This document shows, in pieces, positions 28,036 to 40,759 of a DNA stretch of 64,000 nt (the stretch's first letter is position 1; the number at the start of each line of letters is the position of its first letter). A program made the position numbers and the translations under genes. The notes beneath the pieces were generated by a model. That model ran no database searches and was not told the DNA's origin. It worked only from the letters and a program-made list of their open reading frames with translations. This stretch comes from Octopus vulgaris. Its lineage: Eukaryota. Where the stretch lies: assembly GCA_951406725.2 (NCBI GenBank), contig OX597814.1, positions 146,134,001-146,198,000 of the forward strand, in the 5' to 3' direction.

Positions 28036-28250
28036 CGCGGCGAGCTAGCAGGGTAGCTAGCATGCTGGGCAAAATGCTTGGCAGCATTTCGTCCGTCTTT
28101 ACGTTCTAAGATCAAACATCTCAGAGGTTGACTTTGCCTTTCATCCCTCGGAGTCGATAAAACAAGTCCAAGTTGAGTACTGGGGTCGATGTAATCGACT
28201 TACCACCTTCTTCGGAATTGCTGGCCCTGTGCCAGACTTCGAAATCAAAT
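28036..28250 (+). mobile_element. SINE family D
   Basis: Same head plus GACTTTGCCTTTCATCC..GGGGTCGATGTAATCGACT. Confidence 0.8.
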
Positions 28251-28394
28251 TCAAGTCCTGATTACATATAATAATATTTATAACATGCAGTGGTGTAATT
28301 AGTACCTAATGTTTAGAATAGGTAAAGCTCTTTAAGCGTGGCTTACATTTATATATTAGATATATTTTACATGTTTTAAGACGGAAATAGATAT

Positions 28395-28548
28395 TTATTT
28401 CTTTATTGCCCGTAGTGGTGTAAACATAGAGGGGACAAACAAGGGCAGACAAAGGGATTAAATCGATTATATCGACCGTCAGTGCGTAACTGGTATTTAT
28501 TTAATCGACCCCGAAAGGATGAAAGGTAAGGTCGACCTCAGAGGAATG
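28395..28548 (-). mobile_element. SINE family D, 3' fragment
   Basis: ATCGACCCCGAAAGGATGAAAGG.AAGGTCGACCTC on the plus strand. Confidence 0.75.
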
Positions 28549-29980
28549 ACGGAAATAGATATCTGCAAATTGAATATCGTACGGACTGTGTCTACTATAT
28601 GTACGCATTTCCGAAGAAAGTATTAATAACTTCAAGTTGGTAATCAATGTATCAATTTCAACCGCATACTGTTTATATACTTCCCGAAAGTAAAAGTAAT
28701 TTTCGTCTTAATTCCCCATAGTGCTATATAAAGAATAGCAACATTAATTTAAATAAATACTTATTTGTTAGTGTTGATATTGTTTTCTATAAATAATTGT
28801 TGCTTCTGTTTACCCCTATAATATTTTTGTGTAAATTGAGTTAATGCTACACTACATATAAGTAAAATAAATCCAAATCAATTGTTTCTTTTGACACATA
28901 GAATTGTGAAATAATTGAATAATTTCTTTGGAAAAGAAAACAGCAATCGGATACATACAGCTCACTGAACCTAATCAATCAAAATTTTCCTTCATTCACA
29001 TTGATGATATATTCACTTCTCTATTTGCATGCTCAATGTCATGTTACTTTCTATACAGTGATAACACTTATGTGAATCTCATGGCATATTAAAAGTAATA
29101 TCAAATTTTAATTCAGCAAGCCATGAGGATAATTATTCACGAAAAGGAGCATGGTAATTAAAATTTCATAACTGCATATTTCTCGCTGCAATCACTGCAT
29201 ATAATTAATGACATCCCGTGTTAATGTACCTACCATTATTGTAAGCAAACACAATAAATGCATCCTGTGCAAAATAATTAGGAGGGAAAGACCTGGGTCA
29301 ATACTGGAAACGCAAATATTAAAATAAACAACACCCTATTGAGTGTTGCAGCAACTATACGTTCACATGTCAGAGAGGACTGGGGTTATTTCCATCAAAT
29401 GAAATGTTTCTGATGTTTTATTGTTTGCTAAAGACAGGAACAAATCATTTATATTGCTATATATGATTTTAAAATTATTTAAAAATCCAAAATATTAAAA
29501 TATATGCATTCTTTCTACAAATCTAACATACACTCCAATTTGATATTCATTACATAATTCAACATATGAAAAAAGTATGGCGTAATATTCTATTTTGAAA
29601 AGTAATTCTTACGTACTATTTCGGTGTATTGAAGGCAGGCTTTAAAATAAATCAATCGTTAATTTTGAAATTCAAAGAGACCAAGTTATTAGATTTAAAT
29701 ATACGACATGGCAGATCACCGCGAACAGATATTTTATTAAAATTTCAATTATATCAAACTATAAATATATAGTTTTGCTACATGATATATAAAATATTGA
29801 AAACTATTATCGGAATAAGAACAAAATATATTTAATAAAATTGTTGTCATAATTAAATAAAATATGAATACAAATTCCTTTGTACGTGTATGTGTATATA
29901 TATATATACATATATATTCATACATACACACACACATATATATATATACATATGTATATATATATATATACATATCTATT

Positions 29981-30055
<75 letters not shown>

Positions 30056-30254
30056 GCGTGCGAATGTATATGCTTATTCAGAGACACATACGCTCAAATA
30101 CATATACTTATGTAAACTAATCCAAATGATGTGATCCATAGTATGATCCATGAAGGCATGATTCTAAGTTATGGTTTTATTCATCGTCATTTGCTATTCC
30201 AGCTTTCAGATAAAAAGAAATCGCGCCAAACGCCTGCAATACATACATGCATAT

Positions 30255-30410
30255 TTACATTACAAGTGCAAACTGTGAGTGGAGCAGTACAAATATGCAA
30301 GACTTTGCTCAAGTTCCAGATGTGAATTTTTCTGTGTTAACTACATCCCAAATATTGAGCCTTGTGTTTGTTCGAAAGCGGCTCCCTCTTCAGTGGAAGA
30401 TGTATAATAA
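30255..30410 (+). mobile_element. Extreme 3' end of an RLE-type LINE, similar to the 46145-46420 family
   Basis: LQVQTVSGAVQICKTLLKFQM* followed by a short 3'UTR and microsatellite. Confidence 0.5.
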
Positions 30411-30428
30411 TTAAAAAATAAAAGAGGA

Positions 30429-30496
<68 letters not shown>

Positions 30497-30527
30497 GTGT
30501 GGTTATGTATATGTGTATATATATATG

Positions 30528-30559
<32 letters not shown>

Positions 30560-30789
30560 CGTACATGCATGTGTATCTATATCTAAACACATACATATAT
30601 GGATATATATATATACATATATGTACTTATGTATATATGTATATATATATATGTGTATATATATATATACATATATATGTATGTATATATATACATATAT
30701 ATATACATGCATATATATATATACTTATATATATATAGGAAATCATATATAACTACACATAATAATAAAATTACTTACAATAATAGCCC

Positions 30790-30968
30790 TTTCTATCATA
30801 GGAACAAGACCTGCAATTTGGGGAAGGGGGATAATCAATTACATTGGCTCCAGTTTTCAACTTCTACTTATTTCATCAACGCCGAATGGAACACAGAACC
30901 TAAAGACAGACGAAATGCCGCTATGCATTTTGCTTTACGTTGGAATGATTCTGCCTCCTCGCCACCTT
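30790..30968 (-). mobile_element. SINE family D, degraded
   Basis: AAAGACAGACGAAATGCCGCTA.GCATTT..GATTCTGCC.CTCGCCACC. Confidence 0.65.
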
Positions 30969-31464
30969 AATCTAATAATGATAATATTAATAAACAGCTG
31001 TCAAGTGAGAGTAAGTTGATTTGTTAACATGTATCAAGCTTTCGCTAAATGTTTTTGTCGCGTATGTCTCAGGCACCTTATCAACTCCCCTACAATTTAC
31101 CGCAATTTCGCAAATAGAACATGAGAGCTTGGTTGAATGAGGGAGTGGTGCGCAATATTGAGATGGTATGCATATTCTTTTGAATAAATTGGTTAATGGT
31201 AAAGAAGTGTCTTGATCGCAAGAATATTAACACCTTAATCACACAGCCGTTGCTGACCTGCAACGCTGGATAGTGTGATATAATGATGTCTAGGTGAGTA
31301 TCCATTTGGCAGTGTTATTATCTGTAAGACATTTATGTATGTTTACCTATAAGATGGACTTCCACACAATTTCCATCAACGAAATGCACTCATAAGCCAT
31401 ATACATACAAACACACACACACACACGTTCATACGTACATCCATCCATCCATCCATCCAGTCAT

Positions 31465-31517
<53 letters not shown>

Positions 31518-31528
31518 CAGGTATATAG

Positions 31529-31579
<51 letters not shown>

Positions 31580-32330
31580 CACGCACATACATGCATATAT
31601 GAATTTGTATGTATAGATATAAATATATGCAGATATTGTGAGACTGAGAGAGAATGAGAAATTGAGGGAGAGGTGCAGAGAGAGAGAGGGGGAGAGAAAG
31701 AGAGAGAGACTGGTTTCATGCACTGGACTCCTTGCTAAAATCATCAAGTAAAAGTGCAAGAATTATTGTTCTGACGAAATATCGTATTCCGTTACTTAGA
31801 ATTATCTCTATTTATGCAAGGTAATATAATATTAGATTATGAATTTTCAAACAGTTATATTTGATACACATGGTGTTCGAATTATTCTCATAAGTAAGGA
31901 CGTATTAGATATTGACCTTGTGCTACTTACCCGAAAACTATTATGATTTAACAGAAATATTAGAATTACATGTCACTCAATATCAATCATGAAACCCAAC
32001 ACTTACCTCAAATGTTTGCAAATTTGATGATAATATTCACTATTCGAATATCTGTAATATTACATAAACGAACATTTCAACACATCTACTTAAATATCTA
32101 TATGAATCAGAAATGCTTCACATGTGTAATTATATGCCCTATCAACATTTTGGCCGTATTCAATTATAGGAAATTTTCTCACTGGTATTTTCAACCTATG
32201 TATAATGACGTTTACGTTTCTCTCAAAGCATATGATGCTATGTCTTACACAACCCTGTATAACAGTATGTCGTCTTTATTACCAGTGTATTTTGAGAATA
32301 ATGCGGTGATAAGACGTTGCAGAAAACGTG

Positions 32331-32405
<75 letters not shown>

Positions 32406-32582
32406 TTAGAGATAAAACCACTATTAGCGAATCAAGCAGTGAAAAACATAAACCAAAACATAGAAATAAAATTAATTAATAAAATATACAAGATATATAA
32501 AATACAAAATTCAAAATTTAAATTATTTAAATTTAAAGTTAACATTTAAAAAATTTCTAAATAATTAATTTATACTTATAAA

Positions 32583-32645
<63 letters not shown>

Positions 32646-32807
32646 TGTTTTAATTTTTATTATTATTTGAATTTTTATTTTGAATTTTTTATATTTTTTT
32701 ATTTTTTCATTTTTTAATTTTTAAAATTATATATTTATTTGATTTTTAAAAATATATATATAACTATCAAAAAGTATTAAAATGTTTAATATAAGATAAA
32801 AAGTAAA

Positions 32808-32904
32808 ACCACAACGATCGTTTTATGCCCATAAACCAATTCGAATAACAATAATTTAAATTCAATTAATATTTCGAATTATGGTTATAGTCAATCTTCA
32901 GGTT
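32808..32904 (-). ncRNA. Decayed hammerhead-like motif
   Basis: Minus strand reads AAC-CTGAAGA-TTGACTATAACC...GGTTTATGGGCAT-AAAA-CGATCG-TT-GTGG. Same CGATCG stem III and long stem II as the 33829 motif; GAAA is AAAA here and stem I is weak. Confidence 0.5.
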
Positions 32905-33828
32905 AATGATAATATTTAAATAAATAATCAAATATATTTAAACAATATTTTTTAAAGAAATAAATAAAATAATATTTTTTCTTATAAAAAACACTATTAT
33001 CAAACTAGAAACTTTAACGATTATGATTATGTCATACAATCGATTATAATGTTAAATATTAATCTTTAAGTATTAATTTTTAAGGTAAGAATAGATAGAA
33101 ACTGTATTTATCTATTCAGATATAATATGGCTTAAAAAAAACATAAACCCACAAATAATCTAATCTCAATCATAGTCAATATCTAATTACCTAAATATTT
33201 AACAAAATAATCACTATTCATATTATTAAATTTAATTCCAATCAAATAATCATATAATATTTGAATAATAACTAAATTATCAATGAATATATATAAATGT
33301 ATATAAATATAAGAATAAAGATCTAAAATTATCTCTATCAATAAATATATATGCACGTATAATAAAGACCTAATAAATTAATTATTCATTATTACTTATA
33401 AATATATTAAAAGTTTAAAGATGAAAAAGCTAATTGTAAACAAACAAACAAACTATCTTAAAATAACTCTATAACTAATTAACGATCTATATATCTCGTT
33501 GGCTAATTCATAACTTACAAAAACCATATAACTAAGAACTAAAATGAAATAATAAAATACTTAATGAAATAATCAATCCGTAGTTATATAGTATCCAATA
33601 AATACTACTAATATATTTATCAATGGAAAAATACTACTAGCAATTATCAATTGAAAAAACAAATATATAAATTATAATAGCAATTATAAAATATTTAAAA
33701 TAACTATCAACAAATATAGTTATTAAAGACTAAAGTTTATGCTATCAATACATGTATATACATCAAACCTAACTTTAAAAAACTCATTCTTTTTCCGTTA
33801 AGACTTTTCTAGTGTTTCCTTCATTTTT

Positions 33829-33932
33829 TGCACTGATGAGAATGGTAATATACAATTAAATTAATTATAATTAATTTAATCTCTTACACGTTTCTTACAT
33901 GTTGTAGTTACCATTTGCAACGATCGTATGCA
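33829..33932 (+). ncRNA. Type I hammerhead ribozyme-like motif (PLE type, one core substitution)
   Basis: TGCA-CTGATGA-GAATGGTAA...TTACCATTT-GCAA-CGATCG-TA-TGCA. Stem I TGCA/TGCA, intact CUGAUGA box, 9-bp stem II, GCAA in place of GAAA, palindromic stem III, GUA cleavage triplet. Confidence 0.7.
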
Positions 33933-34151
33933 TGGATTAAAATGTTATCAAAAATTTTAACGTCTCTTCCCCATATTTAATTGTTTGTTGACTTTATATA
34001 GGATTGTGTTCTATTAATGCTCATAATACACCTTATACATGAAACTTTTCATATTTTTAATGAAATACTTGCAATAGCAAGCTACACATTTAATATGAAA
34101 AACCTTTATTTCAAATCAAACTTTATACCCCACCAAGTAAAACTGTTCAAA

Positions 34152-34247
<96 letters not shown>

Positions 34248-35140
34248 AGTATGTATGTATGTATGTATGTACGTATGTACATATGTGTGTGAGTGTGTGT
34301 GTGTATGTGTGTTTGTGCAGAATTGTAGAATGAATGATGGTAACATTTGTATGGCGAGCAAGAAGATGGTAGGAGACCAGCATATAAACCGAAAATGATG
34401 TTCAACGACTGTCCCACAATTGCTCTGACTCAGACAGGAGTTTCAGTTGTTGACTGGGAGAGAGAGGCACAAGCCGATATAGATGGGCGAAGAGAGAGCA
34501 CAGTGGTTGTTCGGGGTTTTAAAGAGAGAAAATGCAGCACGAAAAGACTAAGAGAAGGCTTAGAAGGAATGTATCTGTGGAAAATGAGGGAGTGTTGTGA
34601 TTTGGGTGTGTGATTTTTGAGAGGAGATGCTTGAGTCGTGCGGGCATGGTCATCCGTCAGGGAACTCACGGGAATCGACCCGTGGTAAATTGTGATAAAG
34701 CTATTTTTCGAAACAGAACATGTGCAACTCAAAAGAGTTCATACTGTGTCACCTGCTCCTCCTGCCAGCCAGCACAGCTGTGCATTAGGAAATAGAATGT
34801 GCAAATCTTTCGCCGAGCTCAAGACTTATACAAGGGCCTCTCATTGCATCAACAATGACTCATTTCAGTAATTCTCTCTAGCAATGGTTTTGCTCGCACA
34901 CGGGAAAGCAGCAAAAAGAGAGAAAATTATGTGCAGAGATATATGTTTTTTAATGTATGTATTCCTATGCTTGAAGTTGCGTATCTTGAGGTTCTCATAT
35001 ATACTTAAATGATAAAATTCTGCAAAGTTTTACAAATTTTAATATTTCCAGTGATGACGTGGATCTGTAGCTTTCTAATCAGCTTCTCCTTTCTGGTTTT
35101 CAGACGTCTGATTTCTCATTATTGGTAATTAGGAATAAGT

Positions 35141-35510
35141 GGAGGCGCAATGTCCCAGTGGTTAGGGCAGCGGACTCGCGGTCATAGGATCGCGGTTTCG
35201 ATTCCCAGACCGGGCGTTGTGAGTGTTTATTGAGCGAAAACACCTAAAGCTCCACGAGGCTCCGGCAGGGGATGGTGGTAATACCTGCTGTACTCTTTCA
35301 CCACAACTTTCTCTCATTCTTACTTCCTGTTTCTGTTGTACCTGTATTTCAAAGGGCCGGCCTTGTCACTCTCTGTGTCACGCTGAATCTCCCCGAGAAC
35401 TACGTTATGGGTACAATTGTCTGTGGAGTGCTCGTTGATTTCACGAGCAGGCTGTTCCGTTGATTCGGATCAACCGGAATCCTCGTCGTCGTAACCGACG
35501 GAGTGCTTCC
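35141..35510 (+). mobile_element. tRNA-derived SINE, head B + body X
   Basis: GGAGGCGCAATG.CCCAGTGGTTAGGGCAGCGGACTCGCGGTC..GGTTTCGATTCCC head. 3' body shared with the 20127 copy. Confidence 0.88.
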
Positions 35511-37202
35511 AATTAGGAATATCACAGTGCTCCCAAAATTACGGGTATAAGCCTGAGCTCGTAATCTGGATAGAGTAACTGTAGTTTTCTCAATAGTTCA
35601 GCATAAGTATTTTCTTTTTGTCTGATCTTTATCGTTATTTTAACATCCGCTGAACAGCTGATTTCCTCTAGTGTCTACATTTTCTCTTCCATATCCGAAA
35701 TATCTATGTCAGGTCTATTATATTTACATTTTATTGAGGTTTTCACTGGAACATTCCACCAGTAATCCTTTTCTATTATGAGTGGCTACGTGTGTATGAA
35801 TGCATGTATACATGTATGTATATGTAGGTATGAATGTAAGTATGTGTATTGCTATATTTCACTACTTTAATCATAATCCGGTTAAGTTCAAAACTACATT
35901 CTGCAGTGCAGTTATTTCTTGCAAGACGAGTACGTACGTAATGGCTATCTTGTTTGCGGTCTAAACAAATACGTGTGTGTTTTTCTACATAGGCGCGTGT
36001 TGTGTGCGTGTGTTTGTGAGATTTTTGCATGTGAGTGTGAGTATGTGTGTATGAGTGTGTATGAGTGAGTGATTGTGTGATGTGTATATCTTTGTAACTG
36101 AAATTACCAAAGATATTTGCTAAGAAATTCTTATGGCATTTACTATAAAATAGTGGATAACATCGGAAATGGAATTTAGCCGATACTTGAACTCTGCCTT
36201 TCGATGAAAGGTGGCCGAAATAATGAGTCCTAGAATAAGAACAAGAGTCGATTCAATTGATTAAAACCTTTGAAATCGGTGCTTTATCTTAGATGTACAA
36301 TTACTAACATAAGAATAAATGGAAGCATATACTACTTTGAAACTGCATATATTAAATAATGCTTGAGGCGAAACTTACTTCCTCTATTTGTTAAACTCCA
36401 TATTGATGCTGCACCTATTTTTCTGAGAACATGGTATTTCTTTTGAGGGTATTTTGATTCATGTTTCATTTAAGTATTTGCATACAAATAACTTGGTGCA
36501 AACAGTTTACACAGCCTATAAAAAACAAGATATATGTGTGTGCGTATGTGCTTATGCGTGTCTGTGCGTGCATGCGTATGTGCATGTGTTTGTCTTTGAG
36601 TGTGTGTGTGTTTGTGTGTGTTTGTGATAATTTATGGTTTAACAGAAATAGTTAATAGTTATAACAGATCAAATACACAATCACTTCCTTTAACACTTTA
36701 AAACATAAAATATGTTTACAATGTTATTTATATTTTCTCTTTTTTCACCTTTTTTTGCTTCCCGAAAAAGGATAAGACGCAAAGGATTTTCATTGTATTT
36801 TTCTGCAGGGTATCTGAAGATACACCACTAATCATAAGTGAATTTATCGATTGAAACATGAAAAGAAAATTATTTGCACACATTTTGGACGTATTCGGTA
36901 TGCAGTGCGGAATAGAAGACAAGAAGCAATTTCCTTTGGGATGTTTGCCATCGATACATAAAATTATCGATATTATAAAATAATCCAAACAAATCTGTGC
37001 AGCACGAAACGCGAAAAGCATAAGTAAATTACATATAATATTATCAGTTCCATATCTTAAGCTATAAGCTCATTCATTATTCTTGCTCTAATGGAATTTT
37101 CTTCACACAAAATACACAGAAAATCAGCGAAACGAACTTCTGAGGAAATCATATTAGGGTTGCTTTGTATATATTTCTGTCTATCTTTTAATGTTATCAA
37201 AC

Positions 37203-37234
<32 letters not shown>

Positions 37235-37272
37235 TGTATGTATGTATGTATGTATGTATGTATGTATGTATG

Positions 37273-37353
<81 letters not shown>

Positions 37354-37650
37354 CTATTCAGTACTCTACTTTACTGAATAGACCATAAATTGTGTGCGTA
37401 TGTATGTATGTATGTATGTATGTATGTATGTATGTATGTATGTACGTATGTATGTATGTATGTATGCAAGTATTTATGTATATATATGTATATATATGCA
37501 TATATATATATATACATAAATATGAATATATTAACAAATATATATGTATACATTTACATATATATATATATGTATATATATGTACATATATATAATATAT
37601 ACATATATCATATATACATAATCACATATATACTTACACACATGTACAGA

Positions 37651-37752
<102 letters not shown>

Positions 37753-38304
37753 GAATACATATGTTGTAAATTATATTTTATTTATTATTGCTCTAACTTT
37801 CCCTGTTATTGATTTTATATGATTCAGTAAATCTGAAATGACAAATAGAGAATTTCAGTTGAACATTATAATTACACACTTCAATACTTTTCATTGTGTG
37901 ATGAGTAGAAGGTTTCCCAATGGATGGTAATTATTATAAACAATAATAAACAATGGCAACTGCTCTTAATTTCTGCCATCTTGAAATGAAATCAAAATAA
38001 TTCAATTGTATTCCTTTAATTTTGTATGGATTTATATCTGATTTTAACATCAAATATAAAGATTTTTTTTATTTGTTAGATCCAGTATTTTACAATCGTT
38101 CATTAAATATATAATCTGTTGGAAGTCTTCTAGTGTGCAATCTTTTAAAACATTGAAACAATTATCTTGTAGGCGTATAGATGTAACATTTAAAATATTA
38201 TTAGCTATTTTACTCTTCGCAGAACGTGATTTAAAATTATGAAATGCATATTATTATACGTTCTGAGTAGTTTTCTTTTAGTATACGTGTTTTTTTTTGC
38301 ATGC

Positions 38305-38401
<97 letters not shown>

Positions 38402-40438
38402 GCTTAAAAGTGGAAATTGCCCGAAAATAGATTGCTGCAATAGTTACCATGAAGGAACCTCTCATTTACACTTTTGGTGCTTATATGCACTCTTGCACAC
38501 ATCATTAGCGGGAAATATATCAACTGTCATAGCTGCCTACTACTTCTGTTGTTATCAATTATATATATCAAGTGGAATTTAATAATGATACTTGCAATAT
38601 AATAGTGATTGGACAATTTATATCATCGTCATATATGATTTTTAGAAAACTATTTTACAACACTTCATTAACTTTACAACAAAGATAGTCTTGAATGAAT
38701 GTCTTGTTGTAGCCTTTTAATTAATGCATTATAAATTAGCTACATAGTTTAATCAAATGAAAATTTACATTTTAATTAGTATTGTATTTCTCAATTTGAA
38801 GCACATAACATAGCTTTCTTATAATAAGGACTATACTCTTTCTATTTTCTAGTTAAATCTCACCAAATATATATAGAAAAATGTTTTCATTATATTTTAT
38901 CTGAACACTCTTATCACATACATGCACACAGTTTGAAAACGTAATTTACAGAACCTACTTAACAACTTTATATATCAGTATGACGAAATCTCTATTAGTA
39001 GTTGTCACAGAGATCCAAATGAATGTCCTCTAAATTCATAGTATAAGCGAACGATAAATTTAATTGATATTAATTTTATAAAATAATTTTATCTGATGAT
39101 AAAGAACATGTAAGAAAGGACATTTTGAGAAGAAAAGTACAATCGCTTTTGAGGTATATATTTTTGCCTATAAATTTATGGATATTCAGTTGGATATTTT
39201 ATGCCAAATTCAAGCGAATGTACTTTTACAATTTCATAATTGCAGTGGTTGTACTCCCAAGAGAAATAATTGAACGTTTAGTCTATATTCCTTCTTGTAT
39301 ATCACGCTAATATAACATAGCTATGTGAACTTATTATTCGCCAGCATATCTATCAATACTAAATAACACTTCACCAAAAGTATGAGTTGTACAGAAGAGA
39401 CAAATACATCAATACAGTGAATGAAGTAAAATTGCCTGAACTCTCTTAGAAAAGTTACTTTGTTTATCAGAAATAATTGTTTGGATTTGAAAAACAGGTG
39501 GAGTTCGACAGGACTGAAAGAAGAATTCTTAAACTATATAAAGTTAGGCATGTAGTATCGATCAAAGCTTTGTTCAAAGAAATCTGATCTACATGTAATA
39601 GCGTTGAACAATATAAATGCAGTATTATTGATTATTACTAACATCGAGGGAATTTGATCTTCTATAATCTTAAATCATAGCTGGCAGTCTTTTCAAATTA
39701 ACCTACGGCAGTTTATATCTAAATTCTTCACCAAGGTATTGAAATTCCCAAATGAAAGAAAGCATGAAACGAAACCATTTACAATTGTGTTTCAGTATTG
39801 CTAGTTCTAATATGAGTACAATAATTTCAAGCGTGCAATTGGTTTCAAATTTAGTATTTATCGCATGCTCTTCTCTGTTATATATGGTTCATACACGTCA
39901 GAAAATATTTATGATTGGTACTGTATATAGGTATGGTATAGACATGAAATATTTAAAGAGAAATATAAGGATGAGCTCCAATTGCAACTATTCAGGTACA
40001 ACATATTCAGAGAATCGTGAAGAAGGAAAAGTAGTGAAGCAATGCAGTGAAAGGTTTGAACATCCTTTGCTGATAATTCATATCTCCTGCGAATATATCT
40101 GTATGCGCATATATATGTATGCAAAATAATGCATAATCAAATACGACTGCATATGTGGAAGTGCTTTCTAATCGTTTACGAGAGACTTTGTTCATGTTTG
40201 AAAGTTACCATAGAAGCGACGGTAACAATTTACATTCGCATGCAAAATATAGAGTACAATGCATTTTTTAATATATAAACATTTTCACTCACCGTAGACA
40301 TATATGTGCGCGCATCTTCAGTTTTATATACATACATTATACATACCGACATATCTCTCTCCATATATGTGTGTGTGTATGTGTGTATGTGTATATGTGT
40401 GTGTGTCTGTGTGTATGTGTCTCTGTGTGCGTGTGTGA

Positions 40439-40475
<37 letters not shown>

Positions 40476-40627
40476 GAGACAGAGGTAGAGAAAGAGACAT
40501 ATAGATGAATAAATAGATATAGCGATATAAATATACATATAACATATACACATGAATAGATAAGTGTCTCTTTCTCTCTCTCTCTGTGTCTCTCTCCCTC
40601 CCTCTCTCTCTCTCCCCCCCCTATCTC

Positions 40628-40674
<47 letters not shown>

Positions 40675-40759
40675 CTTAGAATAACTTAGAAAGGTTTTTG
40701 GCCAGTATTGGCCCAGGCCATGTCTAACTTAATAGCACCACCTGGCGAAGTCTTTCAGT

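Larger units (their letters stand above)
32401..34156. mobile_element. Extremely AT-rich non-coding block between (TA)n tracts with two oppositely oriented hammerhead-like motifs; probable non-autonomous PLE or retrozyme-like element
   Basis: Both ends, read outward, finish AATTTAAT followed by (TA)n. Hammerhead-like motifs at 32808-32904 (-) and 33829-33932 (+). Confidence 0.55.

Noticed and set aside
34324-34855. Possible solo LTR (TGTAGA...TCAACA, GC-richer)
   Set aside because: Terminal match is imperfect, there is no TSD, PBS or PPT, and no second copy in the window.
35141-35215. tRNA-like sequences (also at 15889, 20127, 23082, 49712)
   Set aside because: They run straight into SINE bodies and lack a clean acceptor stem and terminator, so they are SINE heads and not tRNA genes.
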